Source of the DNA: Balanoglossus misakiensis
Lineage: Eukaryota > Animalia > Hemichordata
Direction of reading: 5' to 3'
DNA: 64,000 bases
Assembly (NCBI GenBank): GCA_040954595.2
Contig: CM082578.2
Coordinates: 3,578,831 to 3,642,830, forward strand
Below the pieces are notes generated by a model. It was given only the letters and a program-made list of their open reading frames with translations, made no database searches and had not been told where the DNA came from. Each line of letters begins with the position of its first letter. The first letter of the stretch is position 1. Positions 63,053-64,000 of this stretch are shown here, piece after piece. The translations under genes were made by a program, and so were the position numbers.

Positions 63053-63782
63053 GGTGGCATTGCATGAAAAGTTGTGATTTTTGCCAAATTTTACTTTTTT
63101 ACATAAATCGGTAGGCCTAATACTGACCCACACCCTGACCAATACGTCTTGGCGGAAATGCTGCATAATCACCCCAAAATAGCACTTTTCTGAATGAGTT
63201 CACAGCTTAACAAATAGGTGTCAACAATGCAAATGGCCGTTTTTCTCAGTTTGCATTTTCGCTGCTCTTGACAACTTCTGACGAAAATAGCTTCGCTCTG
63301 CGTTGGCCGAATTTGCTCAAATTTTAACTGGGGATTGCGTACGACCCATCCAACAAAACGGTATTTTTGTTAGTCGATAAAGTGTCCCTGGCGGGAATAA
63401 ACTCTGATTCAATACAACTCACCGTGAATTTAATCAAATTTTACTAAAAATCTAACTTTCAAACGCTGTTACTCCTCAATGGAAGCAGATAACGCAAAAC
63501 AAAATTACCTTTTTTTGCACGTGTACTCTAGTTTCGAATGACATATTAAGATGCATGATGCATGGTCAACTTTTTTACCTATTTTAAATTTCATGACATA
63601 ATATCAAAAAATGATTTTCACCCAAAATCGCCACCATTTCCAGGGATCAATAATATTTGCAACTCAAACAAAAGTTTGAAATCTCAGCTTCCAGAATATA
63701 TATGGTTTATGGGGGTTTTAACGTTGTCTTTGATGAGAAATAGGCCTCTGAAAAAGTCTCGGCGGTTTCATGCAATGCCACC
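63053..63782. mobile_element. TTAA-flanked (Kolobok-type) non-autonomous DNA transposon
   Basis: TTAA|ggtggcattgcatgaaa ... tttcatgcaatgccacc|TTAA; 17-bp perfect TIR. Confidence 0.88.
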
Positions 63783-64000
63783 TTAATGCCGCATATATGA
63801 CCAGTGGAAACGATAGTTTGAGGAGATCGACTGTTTGAGGGCGCTGTGAAATGAGAAAGTCCAGTTTGGCTGTAGCTAGCTTGGGCTGTAGCTGTGTAAT
63901 AGTATATAGCTCTGTGCTCAGACAGTGTACTCGTCGTTACAGTTACACAGTTTCAGGATCTACATGTAAATGGCAAGAACTGGAAAGGTTTTGGTAGGTG

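Overview
AT-rich, intron-containing animal genomic DNA. It is probably from a marine invertebrate; a hemichordate-like deuterostome is my inference from the repeat families and gene structure. The host content has two parts. (1) A six-exon, apparently intact EgtD/Methyltransf_33-like SAM-dependent methyltransferase gene (21407-25663). (2) A ~27 kb tandem array (29.4-56.2 kb) of an unrecognised 4-exon gene family encoding secreted ~190-210 aa, ~10-Cys proteins. The array has 8 copies plus an orphan last exon: five look intact and three are disrupted. The rest is nested transposons: a two-gene Harbinger/ISL2EU-like DNA transposon with ~270 bp TIRs holding an L2/CR1 LINE fragment; a CACTA-ended element carrying a BEN-domain pseudogene, inserted in a TTAA-flanked (Kolobok-type) MITE; a second L2/CR1 fragment; an RTE-X-like LINE with a 2A-like motif; a 5'-truncated Tx1/L1 LINE with a TSD; and many MITEs. 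Exon coordinates were derived by hand from GT-AG sites and frame continuity. No database searches were run.
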